Of a stretch of DNA of 42,934 nucleotides, positions 1-11,844 are shown piece by piece. The stretch is from Blastocystis sp. subtype 4 (taxonomy: Eukaryota). Under the pieces are notes generated by a model, which was not told the DNA's origin, did no database searches, and saw only the letters and a list, made by a program, of their open reading frames with translations. The stretch lies in NCBI RefSeq assembly GCF_000743755.1, contig NW_014569485.1, positions 1 to 42,934 of the forward strand, given 5' to 3'. Every line of letters begins with the position of its first letter. Within the stretch, counting starts at the first letter, position 1. A program made the position numbers and the translations under genes.

Positions 1-507
1 ATTGATCGTAAGGCACAGATTGCTAATGACATTATTGCTCATGCACGAGAGTTGGCTGTTGATCCTGTGGGTAATTACGTGGTACAACATGTCCTCTGTG
101 TCCCTGATACATATGAGATGATGGAGTGGTTAAGTTATAGTGATGCAAAGGAAGTGAAGATGAAATCAGAATCATTCATTCGTGGTGTGCTATCAAGGCT
201 TCAGGGACATTATGTTGAGTTAAGTAAGCAGAAGTATAGCAGTAATGTGGTGGAGAAGTCGATTGCAAATTCCGTGTTATTGAAGGATAATACTATCTTT
301 GATGAATTGCTGGCAATTCCTGCAATTCTACAGTTGTTAGAGAATCATTTTGGTACATATGTGTTACAGAAGACTTTACAGTCATTGGATGGAGAAGAAT
401 TGAAGAAGGTGGATACAGAAGTGCGCAACTGTAAAGCAATGAATGGCAGTCATGGTTCCAGTCTGTTGAACAAGTGGAAACAAATCTTGAATAAAGTGCA
501 ACAATGA
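1..507 (+). CDS. Pumilio/PUF RNA-binding protein, C-terminal repeats (5'-truncated by window edge)
   Basis: Frame open from base 1; PUF repeat cores GNYVVQ, SSNVVEK and GTYVLQ; TGA at 505-507; TGTTTGTT at 532-539. Confidence 0.9.
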   Translation: MDRKAQIANDIIAHARELAVDPVGNYVVQHVLCVPDTYEMMEWLSYSDAKEVKMKSESFIRGVLSRLQGHYVELSKQKYSSNVVEKSIANSVLLKDNTIFDELLAIPAILQLLENHFGTYVLQKTLQSLDGEELKKVDTEVRNCKAMNGSHGSSLLNKWKQILNKVQQ

Positions 508-531
508 TCATTTATGTATTTATGTGTGAAT

Positions 532-559
532 TGTTTGTTGAACTATGATATAACAAACA
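532..559. terminator. Back-to-back 3'-end signals: TGTTTGTT on + (532-539) and on - (552-559)
   Basis: Between the convergent Pumilio and PiT genes; same motif found after most genes. Confidence 0.85.
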
Positions 560-577
560 TATGAACCTCTATATTAA

Positions 578-2146
578 CTAAAACTTTGATGGAGAGTACA
601 TACCAAAAGCAAAGATTCCTGCTGTGGTAAGGCCACAGACAAGTAACGTTACCACCCATCCAACAAAAACCTGGAACACTAACTTCCAGTTCACAGATCC
701 TTTTCCTTCCATCATACCTACTCCAACCGTTGATCCCACTTGACAGTGTGTTGTCGACAACGGTAGACCAAGTTGGGAACCTGTGACAATCACAAAAGCA
801 CTTCCGATTTCAATAGCGAAACCACGAGATGGAGTCACAGTTACCATGTTCACACCAATAGCAGCCATCACCTTGTAGCCCAAACAAGCCAAACCCACCA
901 CAATACCAACACCACCCACCACCAACACCCATGTATCCACTCCTGCATTCTCAGTGATACCATTGTTATTATAGATAGCGATGATCGATGCCAAAGGTCC
1001 AATCGAGTTGGCAACATCATTCGCTCCATGAGCAAAGGAATTCAATGTTGCAGTCAACACTTGCAAATAGGAGAAGATTCGTTCAGTGTGTGGATCAAAC
1101 TTCTCAGCACGCTGATGGATCTGATACACCTTACTCTTCTCATCAGATAGTTCAGCGTGGATATTCTGATGAGTGATTGTGTTGACTTCCTTCTTGGGCT
1201 GTTCAACAGTTGATGTCTCCACAGGCACAGCCTTCTGTTGATCTGGTCCTTCTGTCTGAGTCATATCTTTCATTTCTACATCCTTGGGAGTATCAATTGG
1301 AATGGAAATAGTGGTTCCAGCTGTCTCTGATTCCAACTTCATCTCCTTTTCAATCCTTTTCTTCAGATATGGGACTGCTGTGTATGTTAGAATCAGTGCA
1401 AGAGCCACACCAATAGCGATTGCTATCAGGATATTTAAGTACCAGGGAAGACCCAGATCCAATTGAGGAATACCCTTGTTCATCATGAAATAGGCCAGAA
1501 CGAATAGAGTGAAACCGATAATGATTGGATAAAAGCGGAATGCATTCTTAAAACTGTCGTTTGAACGAAGAATGTACTTACGAACGATCCAAAAGAGGAA
1601 CACCGTTAGCAGACCCGAAAGGACAGGAGAAACAAACCAAGAGGCAATGACCTTTGCGATTTCGTTCCACTTGACAGCCTTCGGACCCTTTGCAACAAGG
1701 GCCATTCCCACTAGACCACCGATACAACTGTGTGTAGTTGATACTGGAAGACTATAGAGTGTTGCAATGATCAACCAAGCGGCCACTCCAATCAAGACAC
1801 AGCACATGCCAAACATCAGTGTCTCTGGCTCGTCCTTGAACATCATTGGGTCTGAAATACCTTTCTGGATGGTTTCAGTAACATTACTACCCATCAGAAA
1901 GGATCCTAGAAACTCGAAAATGCCTGCAATCACCATTGCATTCTTCATTGTGATAGCCTTAGCTCCAACCGAAGTACCAAATGCATTTGCCACATCGTTA
2001 GCACCTATACTATAAGATATCCAATCATAGTCACTACCTATTCCAAAGGCACAGAAGAAGGCCACAACGGTTGAAAAGATGGGAACCCATTGATATTGAC
2101 TCAGATCAGCAGTCGACATAATATTGATGGAGCTCGTGTCCATCAT
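578..2146 (-). CDS. PiT/PHO4 (SLC20) family inorganic phosphate transporter
   Basis: Two GANDVAN signatures, PVSTTH and PLSTTH, many TM helices. Removing a 33-nt in-frame intron (2005-2037) restores FGIGANDVAN. First ATG at 2146. Confidence 0.95.
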   Translation of the reverse strand: MMDTSSINIMSTADLSQYQWVPIFSTVVAFFCAFGIGSDYDWISYSIGANDVANAFGTSVGAKAITMKNAMVIAGIFEFLGSFLMGSNVTETIQKGISDPMMFKDEPETLMFGMCCVLIGVAAWLIIATLYSLPVSTTHSCIGGLVGMALVAKGPKAVKWNEIAKVIASWFVSPVLSGLLTVFLFWIVRKYILRSNDSFKNAFRFYPIIIGFTLFVLAYFMMNKGIPQLDLGLPWYLNILIAIAIGVALALILTYTAVPYLKKRIEKEMKLESETAGTTISIPIDTPKDVEMKDMTQTEGPDQQKAVPVETSTVEQPKKEVNTITHQNIHAELSDEKSKVYQIHQRAEKFDPHTERIFSYLQVLTATLNSFAHGANDVANSIGPLASIIAIYNNNGITENAGVDTWVLVVGGVGIVVGLACLGYKVMAAIGVNMVTVTPSRGFAIEIGSAFVIVTGSQLGLPLSTTHCQVGSTVGVGMMEGKGSVNWKLVFQVFVGWVVTLLVCGLTTAGIFAFGMYSPSKF

Positions 2147-2551
2147 GAACGGCGCATTCTGATTGGTCAATCCAAGTTTGCGAATCTTCCTCCTTTCGCC
2201 GAGGAATTTATACTGCTTTTAAATACCTGCGATTATGTGATTCGATCAATCATCGTGGATTCTATTATTCTTGAATAGGAAGGTATTCTGCTGTGCCTAA
2301 TGTATTACGAAATAGATAGTAATCGTATTAGAAAACTGAGGGGATGATAGAATGATGAACTATGATAAATCACAACACGATATTGGTTATTGAAATGGAA
2401 TTTAGTATTAATAATCTACTAATTGCCGCAAGTAACATGACTGTTGTTGTCATTCTTTGTGTTTCCACAGTTCATACACTAAATCCAAGGGAAAAAGGTC
2501 TTTAAGAGATTGGTCCATTGTTACACATAATCTGTTGTATTGACCACAACT

Positions 2552-5500
2552 ATGTCCATACTTGGCAAGGCACTTTCCAACATGATGCTTAATTTTGCTG
2601 GTGTGGAAGAAGGGTCAGATACTGATGGTTCATTGGATGTTCCCAAACCAGCAGCAAACAGGGGAGAGAATCTATTCAACTTGTTTGATGATAAATACCA
2701 GAGAGAAGGTCATTCTCGTCGCTTAAACCGCGACGAGCCAATTTTTGAAGGTAGAAATATATTATTTCAATTTATTAGATTAGATTCAGATGTTCTTCAT
2801 ACAGAAGATGACGAAGTTGTAGTTGATGGTGGTAATCAGAAGTCCAATGAGGAAATGGAATTGTGGAAAAAGGAAGTAGAAGAACTAAGGATATCTAATA
2901 AGAAATTGAGTGAAGAATTGGAAGCAATGGGAAAGGAAAATGAGTCTCTCAAACAACAATTGTCTGTATCAGAGCAGACAATCAGCAATTATTCTCAGCA
3001 AATTACTCGTCTAAATAAAGAAGTCTCCTTGGGAATGGAGGAAAAGGAGCAGTTAGAAGCGGATCTACAGTATTTCCGACAAGTATATGAATCTACATCT
3101 GAGAAAGAATCGTCTTCTGTTGTGACGGAGAATCTTCGTCAGAAGATCGAAGATGTTCTTGTTTTGATAATGAATGATAACTAGATGTCGAAAGAAGCCT
3201 TCCAGCTTCAAATGGAATTACAACGTGTTCAACAAGAGTCAGAACATAAGAGTGTGCTATTGGCAGAGAGTACTCAACGTAATTAAGTGAATTGATGTGA
3301 AACTTGTAGAAGTAATTACCCTTCAGGCTGATCTAGATCGTCTTCATGATGCATCTCAGAGATCTGAAGAAGCTTTAGATGTTGAATCTGCTTCAGCTGA
3401 ACTGAATCGAATTCATGAGAAACAGAAGGAAGCTGAGGAGCTGTTGAGTGAGCTGGAAACGAGTATATCCTTAGTACAAAGAGAGAAAGGAGATCTGGAG
3501 AGATATGCCAGTGAGCTGAAGGCTCAGTGTTCGGATCTGGAGACTCAGCATTCGAGTATGGAACAGGCAATGAGTAAACTGACATCACAACATTCTGACC
3601 TTGAGACTTCGATTGCTGAACTAACATCTCAATACTCAGAACTTGAAACCTCCATCACTGAATTGACATCCCAGCGTTCAGAACTCGAAACTTCCATGAA
3701 TGAACTAATGTCGAAACGTTCCGATTTGGAGGGTTCTATCACTGGATTGAGCTCAAAGCGATCAGATCTGGAGATTTCCATTACTGAACTACTATCCAAG
3801 CGCTCAGACCTCGAGACATCAATGAATGAATTGAGATCACAGCATTCGGAACTTAAAACCTCCATAACTGAGCTAACGTCGCGGCGATCAGAACTTGAGA
3901 CATCCCTGAATGAATTGAGATCGCAGGGATCAGATCTCGAAAGTTCGATCACTGGACTGAAATCCCAGCGTTCGGATCTGGAGACTTCTATCAATGAATT
4001 GACATCCCAACGTTTAGACCTGGAGAAGATGGTGGCTGATCTGAAGTCTCAACCATCTGTAGTGACAGACTCGCTGACCGACTTGAAGTCACAACCATCT
4101 GTCAGCTCGACTCCTACATCAGATCATTTCCATATCCAAATGGAGCTCCTACATCAGAACAACCGTACTCTCACAGCAATTGTGGAGGAGGAGTCTCAGA
4201 GTGCTACAGCCCTGAATACACTTCTGAATGAGAAGAATAAGATGGTCTACAAGCTTCAGAGTGAGTTGGATGAACTTAAATCCAAAATCTCTGTTGAGTC
4301 TCGAGAGACAGAGTCTCAAACAAAGGAAGAAGTGATAGAGTTGGAGAAGCGAAAGGAAGTATTACAGCGGGAGATCGATACAATTCTTCAGAACGAGGAG
4401 ACGCGACGAGATCAAGTGAATAAGGAGCTAGAAGAGATGGAACAGCGAATTGAGGCACTGAAGAAAGAGGAATCGGAGATTGTGTCTCTAATTCAAGAAT
4501 CAAAGGAGGAGGTGAATGAGCGAGAGACAGCTGCTACTCAACATTTCAGTGAACTTGATCAAATGCTGAATGAAAAGGAATCCTCACTATCTGATCTTGT
4601 TCAGCTTCTTCAAACACGAGAACAGGAATTGAAAGAGAAGGAAGAAGCAATCCAGACTGTCTCTCAACAGCTCAGCGAGCTTGATCACGAGTTACATGAG
4701 AAGGAAGCCAAAGTAGCATTGATCTCGTCGCAACTCCATGAACAAGGAACTGAAGTTCATCCCACAGAGACAACGGATGAGTCTGATCGAGTTCGGGAAC
4801 TCCAAGAACAGCTAAAGGCTGCAGAACAGCTCCTGCAGGAAGAAGAGGCAGTTGTGGAATGCCTCCAGAACGAGAATAAGACGCTGATGGCAGATCTCCA
4901 GCGACATGAGGAAGAATTACGACAGAAGAGATCTACAGAGGCAGGAGACAATGCAACTCTTGCTTCAGAGGAACAGTCAACGCTCCAGAAGGCACTAGAG
5001 GAGGCACAAGCCACTATGGCTCATCAACAGACTGTGATTGCATCGTTAGAGCGTAGGTATGGTTGGCGGTATTGAGTGTAGATGATAAGGAACTGCTTCT
5101 ATCTGTCCAGTCATCACCAACACCTTTTGAAGAGTCGATCACTCAACCTTCTGTTCAACCAAGTGTTTCTTTTTCTCCTAGGAGTTCTCAACACTCTTCC
5201 TCTAAGAATCCTGACGAAGAAAGTGTTGAGTTGGTTCAAGAAGCCGATCTCCTCTCTCAAATGGATGAGTTCTCAACAGATCTTACTCTTGCTCAAGCTC
5301 ACCGTGAGGTCCTCCAGGATCTCGATGAGGCTCGTGAACATAACAATCAATTGGAGCGAGATCTCCTTCAGACGCAAACTGAGGCTGAGGAACTCCGTAA
5401 TCAAGTGAAGGAATTACAAGTAGAACTGGAGGCTGTTCGTAAGAGCAATCAGGGACTGATGATGCATGTGACAGAGCTAGAACAGACGGAGGTAGAACTG

Positions 5501-6673
5501 CGTCTGATGATCGGTGACCTCGAGGATCACAAGAAGACGTTAACAGAAGAGTTAGTTAACTGCACTGCAGACGTGAGTGCTGATTACGAAGGTCTACAGA
5601 ATCGAGTGAAGGAGCTGGAGAAGATTACTGAGACACTTCAGGAGGAATGTGATGAGGCACATCAGAGAGAGACAATAACTCATGAGGCGAAGGAACAATT
5701 ACAAAGTCAACTTGAAGAAATGAGAAAGACAGTAGAGCAGTCAAGTGAAGTGTCAAAGTCTGAGATTCTGTCTTTGGCAACCACACTGGAGGAGACTCGA
5801 GAGAAACTTACAGCAGCCGAATCATCCTTGCAAGTAGCTGAGACGACAATTAGTCAGCAGAATCATGATTTGAGTATGGAATATGTGGATGGATCTATTG
5901 TAGCTCTCCTTCAGATGACTTCTCGTCGTGCAGATGATCGAGTTACTCAATTGATAACTGATCTTGAGAATACTCAAACTCAGCTTCAATCAGCTCACAT
6001 ACAAATCGATCAGCTACAAACTCAATTAACTGAAGCTGAGGCAGGAACGCTTATCGAAACACCTTCTGGTCCATTGAACACAAACCATCCTGACTCTATT
6101 CACACTTATATTTTTACGCTTTCTGAACGAATTTCACTTCTCGAAAGCAAACTGAATACCACAAAGAAGGAGAAGGAGGATGAGTTGAAGTCCCTACGAG
6201 AAGTTCAGAGCGTTGCTGTAAATCAAAGCAAGTTGGTAGCCCAACAGTTGACAAAGACACGTTCTGAACTCACTCAATCGACTTTGTTGTGTGATGAACT
6301 TCAGAATCGGCTTCAAGAGAAGGAAAAGGAGATCGGAGAGTTACAGAAACAAGTGGAGAGTAAACAAGCCGATCTTCAGTGGAATCTCCAGAAAAACTTG
6401 AAGGAAATCCAGGATGCTCTGAAAGAAGAGAGAGATAGGACAGCTATGCTCCAAGAACGATTAGAGTTGGCGAAGACTTCGATTCAAAAACGTGATCGGG
6501 TAATCGAGGCAAGCAAAGCTGCGAATGATAAACTACGACGAAATGAAGAGGTTTACAAAACAGCCATTGCTGAACTAAAGCGATTTGCAAAAGAACGAGA
6601 AGAGGAGTTGAATGAGCTATATAAGAGTATGAGAGGGTTAAAGGTCAGTAATCCATCTCAGAATGGTGTATAG
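2552..6673 (+). CDS. Large coiled-coil protein of unknown function
   Basis: ORFs 2540, 3297 and 5063 join in frame via introns 3155-3184, 3279-3309 and 5053-5081; probable in-frame introns 2751-2783 and 5874-5903; E/L/Q/K-rich heptads. Confidence 0.75.
3594..4055 (+). repeat. About 11 tandem 42-nt (14-aa) coding repeats, consensus S(D/E)LETSI(T/N)EL.S(Q/K)R
   Basis: Read directly from the translation, e.g. SELETSITELTSQR, SELETSMNELMSKR, SDLETSINELTSQR. Confidence 0.9.
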
Positions 6674-6784
6674 TCTTGTTTGTTGATCAAGCGGAAATTA
6701 GGTTATTGTTTTCGGAATGTCCCAGTTATGACCCCTCTCATATTCAAACCAAAACAACATCGGTTTGTGTTTCTGTTTATACAA

Positions 6785-8054
6785 ATGTTCTCAAAAATCC
6801 TTCGTTCACTTGGTGTAGCATTGACTTCAGAATCTGATGCATTAGTCGAAAGGAAAGACCAAGAAGGAAGAAAAATCACAAACAACTGATAAAGGAGCGG
6901 AGTTCAACGCTATTGGGAATGGATCCTCTCATATTGCTATTCCCAATGATCAATCCTCCGAAGTGGCAAAGGCACGAAGGAGACTATCTGTTGATGGTAA
7001 TCATATTGGTCTCGATGGTCTCGATGAAGTTGATATGGAAGTCGACATTCCTTCTCTTGATACTAATACAAATGATCTCTTTGTTGGCGTATATGCAGGC
7101 CAATCTCAAAAAGGGTATGTCCCATTTAATCCCCACAAAGTGAATCAAGATTGGATGCTAATTCGAGAGGACAAAGTTACTGGGACTTTGGTTCTTGGGG
7201 TATTTGATGGACATGGAGAACATGGCCAATGTGTATCAGAAGTGGGTTCTAAATGCTAATTTGAATAGTAGTTTGTGTGCAATAGTTTCTACACCTATCT
7301 CGTTGAACATTCACTTTTTGTGACAGATTTGAAAACAGCAGCTGTAGAATCCCTGCATCAAGCAGAAAAGGACTGTATTGCAAGTATTGGATTCTATCAA
7401 ATATCAATTCTAGATCGGTTCATCAAAACTGAGTTTAGTGGAACAACTGCTGTTATTTGTATTATTCGTGCTAATTGTCTCCTTACTCTTAATGTTGGGG
7501 ATTCCAGAGCTGTTATTGCTTACGAGCGTAATGATCAGTTTCAAGTGGATGATTTGACCCATGACCACAAGCCGGATCTTCCTGAAGAAAAACAGCGAAT
7601 CGAGCAGGCTGGTGGTCGTGTATTTGCGATAACATATGATGATGGTTACTTAGGGCCTTCTCGTGTATGGTTGCATGATCAGGACATCCCTGGATTAGCA
7701 ATGTCACGCTCATTAGGAGATACTGTGGCTCATTCTGTTGGTAGGCGTATTTTTGGCGTAACATATATAGGGGTGATTTCAACACCAGATGTGTTTGAAC
7801 GTACTCTTACGGTCGATGACCGAGTGGTTGTATTAGGAAGTGATGGGTTGTGGGAGTTCCTTCCTTCAATGGAAGCAATTCAATTGATTGAAGACTGCGA
7901 ACAACCAGAAGTGGGAGTTTAGATGGAATGATGATGATAGGATGCAGTAGAAAGATTGTCTGCTACGGCATGGAAACGATGGTTTGATGAGGAGAAGGTG
8001 GTTGATGATACAACCATTATTGTAGTTTTTCTTGGAAAAATGAACGTACAATAG
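6785..8054 (+). CDS. Protein phosphatase 2C (PPM family)
   Basis: NQD, GVFDGHG, SGTTA, NVGDSR, DHKP, GLAMSRSLGD, SDGLWE and DDTT motifs; introns include 6815-6845, 7384-7413 and 7741-7770. Confidence 0.93.
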
Positions 8055-8136
8055 CTGCTAGTATTTGCTTCTCTTGGCAAGAGTTTCTTTGTGATTGTTT
8101 GTTTTGAGTACATTCTTTTTTCTCGGTGGGTTAAGT

Positions 8137-10263
8137 ATGAATTCGGGTCAACCAGGTGTTCCTGGACTTTCCTCATCGGCAAAGGAATCTAAAACGTCTT
8201 CATACTCAACAATGACAGGCATGACGAATAATGGACAGTCGGGTGTGTATCCCGGTTATCCATATGGTGTTCCTGGTTATCCTTATATGGGATATGGGTT
8301 TTGTGTGTAGTTCGGGAACTAACGTTCTAGGTACGTTCAGCCGAGTCCAATGTATGGAAGTGCTTACAGTGGTTATTACAATACATATCCAGCTTATGGG
8401 AGTTATTATGGATATGGTCAAACTCCAGTTGACACATCTTCCTATTCAACAGGGTATCCTGCTTCAGGGAGTTCAGCAAGCTATTCTCAGTCTACTACTT
8501 CCACTCCTGGAGGTGCCTAGTAGTGTTGTGTATTCTCTTCCATCTAGTTCAAATCCATTTGCTACTTATAATCCTTCTACAACCGTTTCGAAAAAGAAAC
8601 GTATTTCTAAATGTCGATTTATCTTTCTACGCTCATTGTTAGTTGATCTCGCTGCAGAAAAGCCCACAGTTCCTGTTTCTGCTCCTATTTCTACCATTTC
8701 TTCTCTTCCAAGTTCATCTACTCTCCAGTCATCATCTTCGTATTCTACCAGCTTCAAATCAACATCTTCCACTTTCACAGACACCAAGTCAACCATTTCC
8801 AATTCAACTGCTTCATCTTCCATATCAACGGCTCCTACCTCAACTAAGGGGAATCTAAACATGAATATTGTGAATGCTGCATATGCTAAGCGTCCTGTGA
8901 AACCTGTGAAGTCTACCTATCGGAAACGTCGTTCTCGATCACCTAGTTACAGTTATTCTGACTCCTACAGCTATTCTTACTCAGATCGGTCGTATTCGGA
9001 CCATTCTCCTTCGCGATCACGTTCTTCATCTCGGACTCGACGGAGAGAACCGACACAGGTTCGAGATGAAAAACCTCCTGTTAATAAAGAAACTGGAGTT
9101 ACGAAGCGACTGACAAAGGCAGAGAAGCGTAAGTTACATCAACAGAAAAAGGCTCTAAAACTGGAAATCCAGAATGAAGATGCAATGATGGCGGAAGAAC
9201 GAAAGAAGCGAATGCAACGATTCCAAGGCTTCTCATCGACACCAATTCTACCTCCAGAGCCTGAACCTGCTGTAGGGTCATGTCGATCATGTGATGGATA
9301 GAACGATAAGGCGATTGTAGGAACGATGATGACGATGGAAAAGGATTACTTCCGGTTGACTTGCGTATGGGTTGGATTCAGATTTGATATAGATTCCTAC
9401 ACCTGATATGATACGTCCTAAACCAGTTCTAGTGAAATGGTTAGGGATTCTTCATGACAAGATGACACATGGAGAGATCACTTATGAGTATTACTGTAAT
9501 CAATTGCGAGCTATTCGTCAGGATCTCACAGTCGGTTTTAGAATGTTTTTTTGACGTAGGTTCAACATATTCAAGACGAGTTTACAGTTCATACTTACGA
9601 AGAACACGGACGTTTCGCTTTGAAGAATGTGGAATCTTCGTTTTGAGGAGTAATGCTTAGAACGATATGAATGAGTTTAATCGGTGTCAGACGCAGCTTC
9701 GAGAGTTATATGGGCAAGGAATTCCTTCAGATTGTGTGATTGAGTTCACCTGCTATCAATTGCTCTATTGTATCTTTGCTCAACAGCATATTGATACCAA
9801 TACGTTTTTAAAAGTACTTACAAAAGAGCAGTTAGCAAATCGTGATATCCGACTGGTTTTGAAGATTTGTTCGGCAATTCGTTTGGAAGATTATCTCACT
9901 TTTTTTGCCTTGTATGAGCAAGAAGAGATTCCTTATGAATGTAAACACTTTATGAAACAGTTCTTCAAACGATTACGTATCACAGCTTTGTTCAGTCTCT
10001 TCAATACGTAACCTCATTTTGGGATCTTAATATCTAGGATCAAGCCATCGATTTCATTGAATTTGCTTAAGTCGATGCTTCATTATTCAACGTATGAAGA
10101 AGCCATTTTGGGATTGCGGGAATTCGGATTGGAGTTTAATGTGAAGCAGAGTCCTGGAACATTATCAGATGCCGATTGCCAATCGATCACAATTCAATCT
10201 GTAGATGGTTTGAAGAGCATGAAGACTCATCAGCAGTTGGAGAAAGGAACGAAGCTGCTTTAG
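8137..10263 (+). CDS. SAC3/GANP/THP3 family protein (LENG8-like)
   Basis: Spliced: IVGTMMTMEKDYFRLT, IRPKPVL, QLRAIRQDLTVQHIQDEFTVHTYEEHGRFAL, EFNRCQTQLRELY; Y/G/P-rich and RS-rich N-terminal half. Confidence 0.88.
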
Positions 10264-10305
10264 TTTTGCTATCTTTAGATGACTTGTTGGATCCAATAAA
10301 CACAA

Positions 10306-11806
10306 TTATCGATTCCATAACCAACATCGAGATGGTTGATCTCCATATGCATATGGAGCAGCTGCATCGATGATAAATATACCTTTACATGCATGCGTGA
10401 GAGAAGGAATCAACGAATCGCGAATCTTTGATAGTTGATCAATGGGCCAGCAATCACGCAATGCAATGGATTTATAGGGAGACTGTTGAATTCGTTCTCG
10501 ATCCTGATCTTTCGTTTCATGAATTCTGTCAATGATCTCTTTGCGTAGGGCACTCAACCGCTGTGTATATGGTAGGGATTTGAGAGACATACCGTTAATA
10601 TAAATCACATCTGTCAACAACAGACGAATTATGGATGGAGACAATTTGGTCTCCGTAACGAGGACACCTTCACAAACTGTATTCGAATGTACTTTTTTCG
10701 CTTTGTTGATAAATGTATTTGGCATCTCTCCTTCAAAGGTGTTTCCTTCTGATGATGAGCCAATCTGTATTATGAAATGAATTCAAGTTCTACAAGAACA
10801 CCCTTTCCATTCACAATGAATAAAAACACTCGTTTTCCTTCTGGATACCAAGTACATTTCAAATCACCTTCTTTCGGTAGTTCCTGGATTTCTTCTTGAA
10901 TCTATCATGTACCCCATGAATCAGATATACCTGCATTGGTAAACAAACGGAGTGATGTGTGAGAGAGTGGAAATCAGATAACCATTTCTGTTTCGGATCT
11001 GGGACTAAACATGATAATGCTTTTCGTATGTTTTCATCTTTGATATCTATATTCTAACACAGAGTACTCAATAATTACACGAATCCAGATGGAGCGAAGA
11101 CACAACCATTGGCAGTGAAAGCTTCTTGCTTCTTCCAACATATCTACATGAAATAAGAATAACAATATTACTGGGTGATGATATAAAAGGGAATACTGGA
11201 AACTGTGAAGTCCATAAAGCCAATCAATAGATTTGGATTTTCTTGATGGAATGAATAGATAGTCTATGGAGAGTGACATTAAAAGATTGCTTACCTTCAG
11301 TAGAGCCACCAATTCTTCTTCTGAAGGGAGTGTATCCTTGAAGGTTGTTTGCTCATAAATGATACCCCAATCATCAAAATCACTATGGATTATCCTCCTT
11401 TATATATTTATACTCTATGTTGTAATAGTAAATGGATGGATCAGCTAATCCAATAATCAATCCAATATCTTTCTCTCGTTGTTGCCATTTTTGACATAAC
11501 ATATCCAAAGTCCAATCTTTCTTTTCTCCAAGAGTTGTAGTGTATCTACAGATTGAGTTTCAGATAGAGGACTTACATGGAATTTAAAACTTGTTTGCAT
11601 ACAAAAAATGGCGTATCTTGAATAAGGTCGGTACAAACAAGTGAGTTCAGCCAGGCATCTTTGTCCACATCTTTCCAGCTGAACACTTTTCTAAATTCTT
11701 AAAACATAGATCTAGCATACTTTCCTTTGAAACGCTTGATCATCTCTTCTCTCTCCTCTTTTTCAAAAGATTCTTCGGATTCAATAACGTCTCGTTTCAA
11801 AGACAT
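10306..11806 (-). CDS. mRNA capping enzyme (RNGTT)-like pseudoenzyme: triphosphatase-like plus guanylyltransferase-like domains, catalytic motifs substituted
   Basis: Eight GT-AG introns (11691-11720, 11546-11576, 11383-11413, 11264-11294, 11144-11171, 11047-11078, 10902-10930, 10765-10793) give an uninterrupted 419-aa ORF that is collinear with RNGTT as recalled. Confidence 0.75.
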
Positions 11807-11844
11807 GAAAAGCAAAGAATTATAAAGAAACAATAACTGAACAA

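Noticed and set aside
2340..2450. ATGATGA (C-box-like) in the PiT / coiled-coil intergenic region as a C/D snoRNA
   Set aside because: No downstream CTGA D box or terminal stem found
3594..4055. 42-nt periodic repeats as a CRISPR array or mobile element
   Set aside because: No spacers, degenerate at codon third positions, in frame within a eukaryotic CDS
6644..6673. 30-nt GT...TAG that looks like a terminal intron of the coiled-coil gene
   Set aside because: TGTTTGTT at 6677 places cleavage within this TAG, so it is better explained as the stop codon
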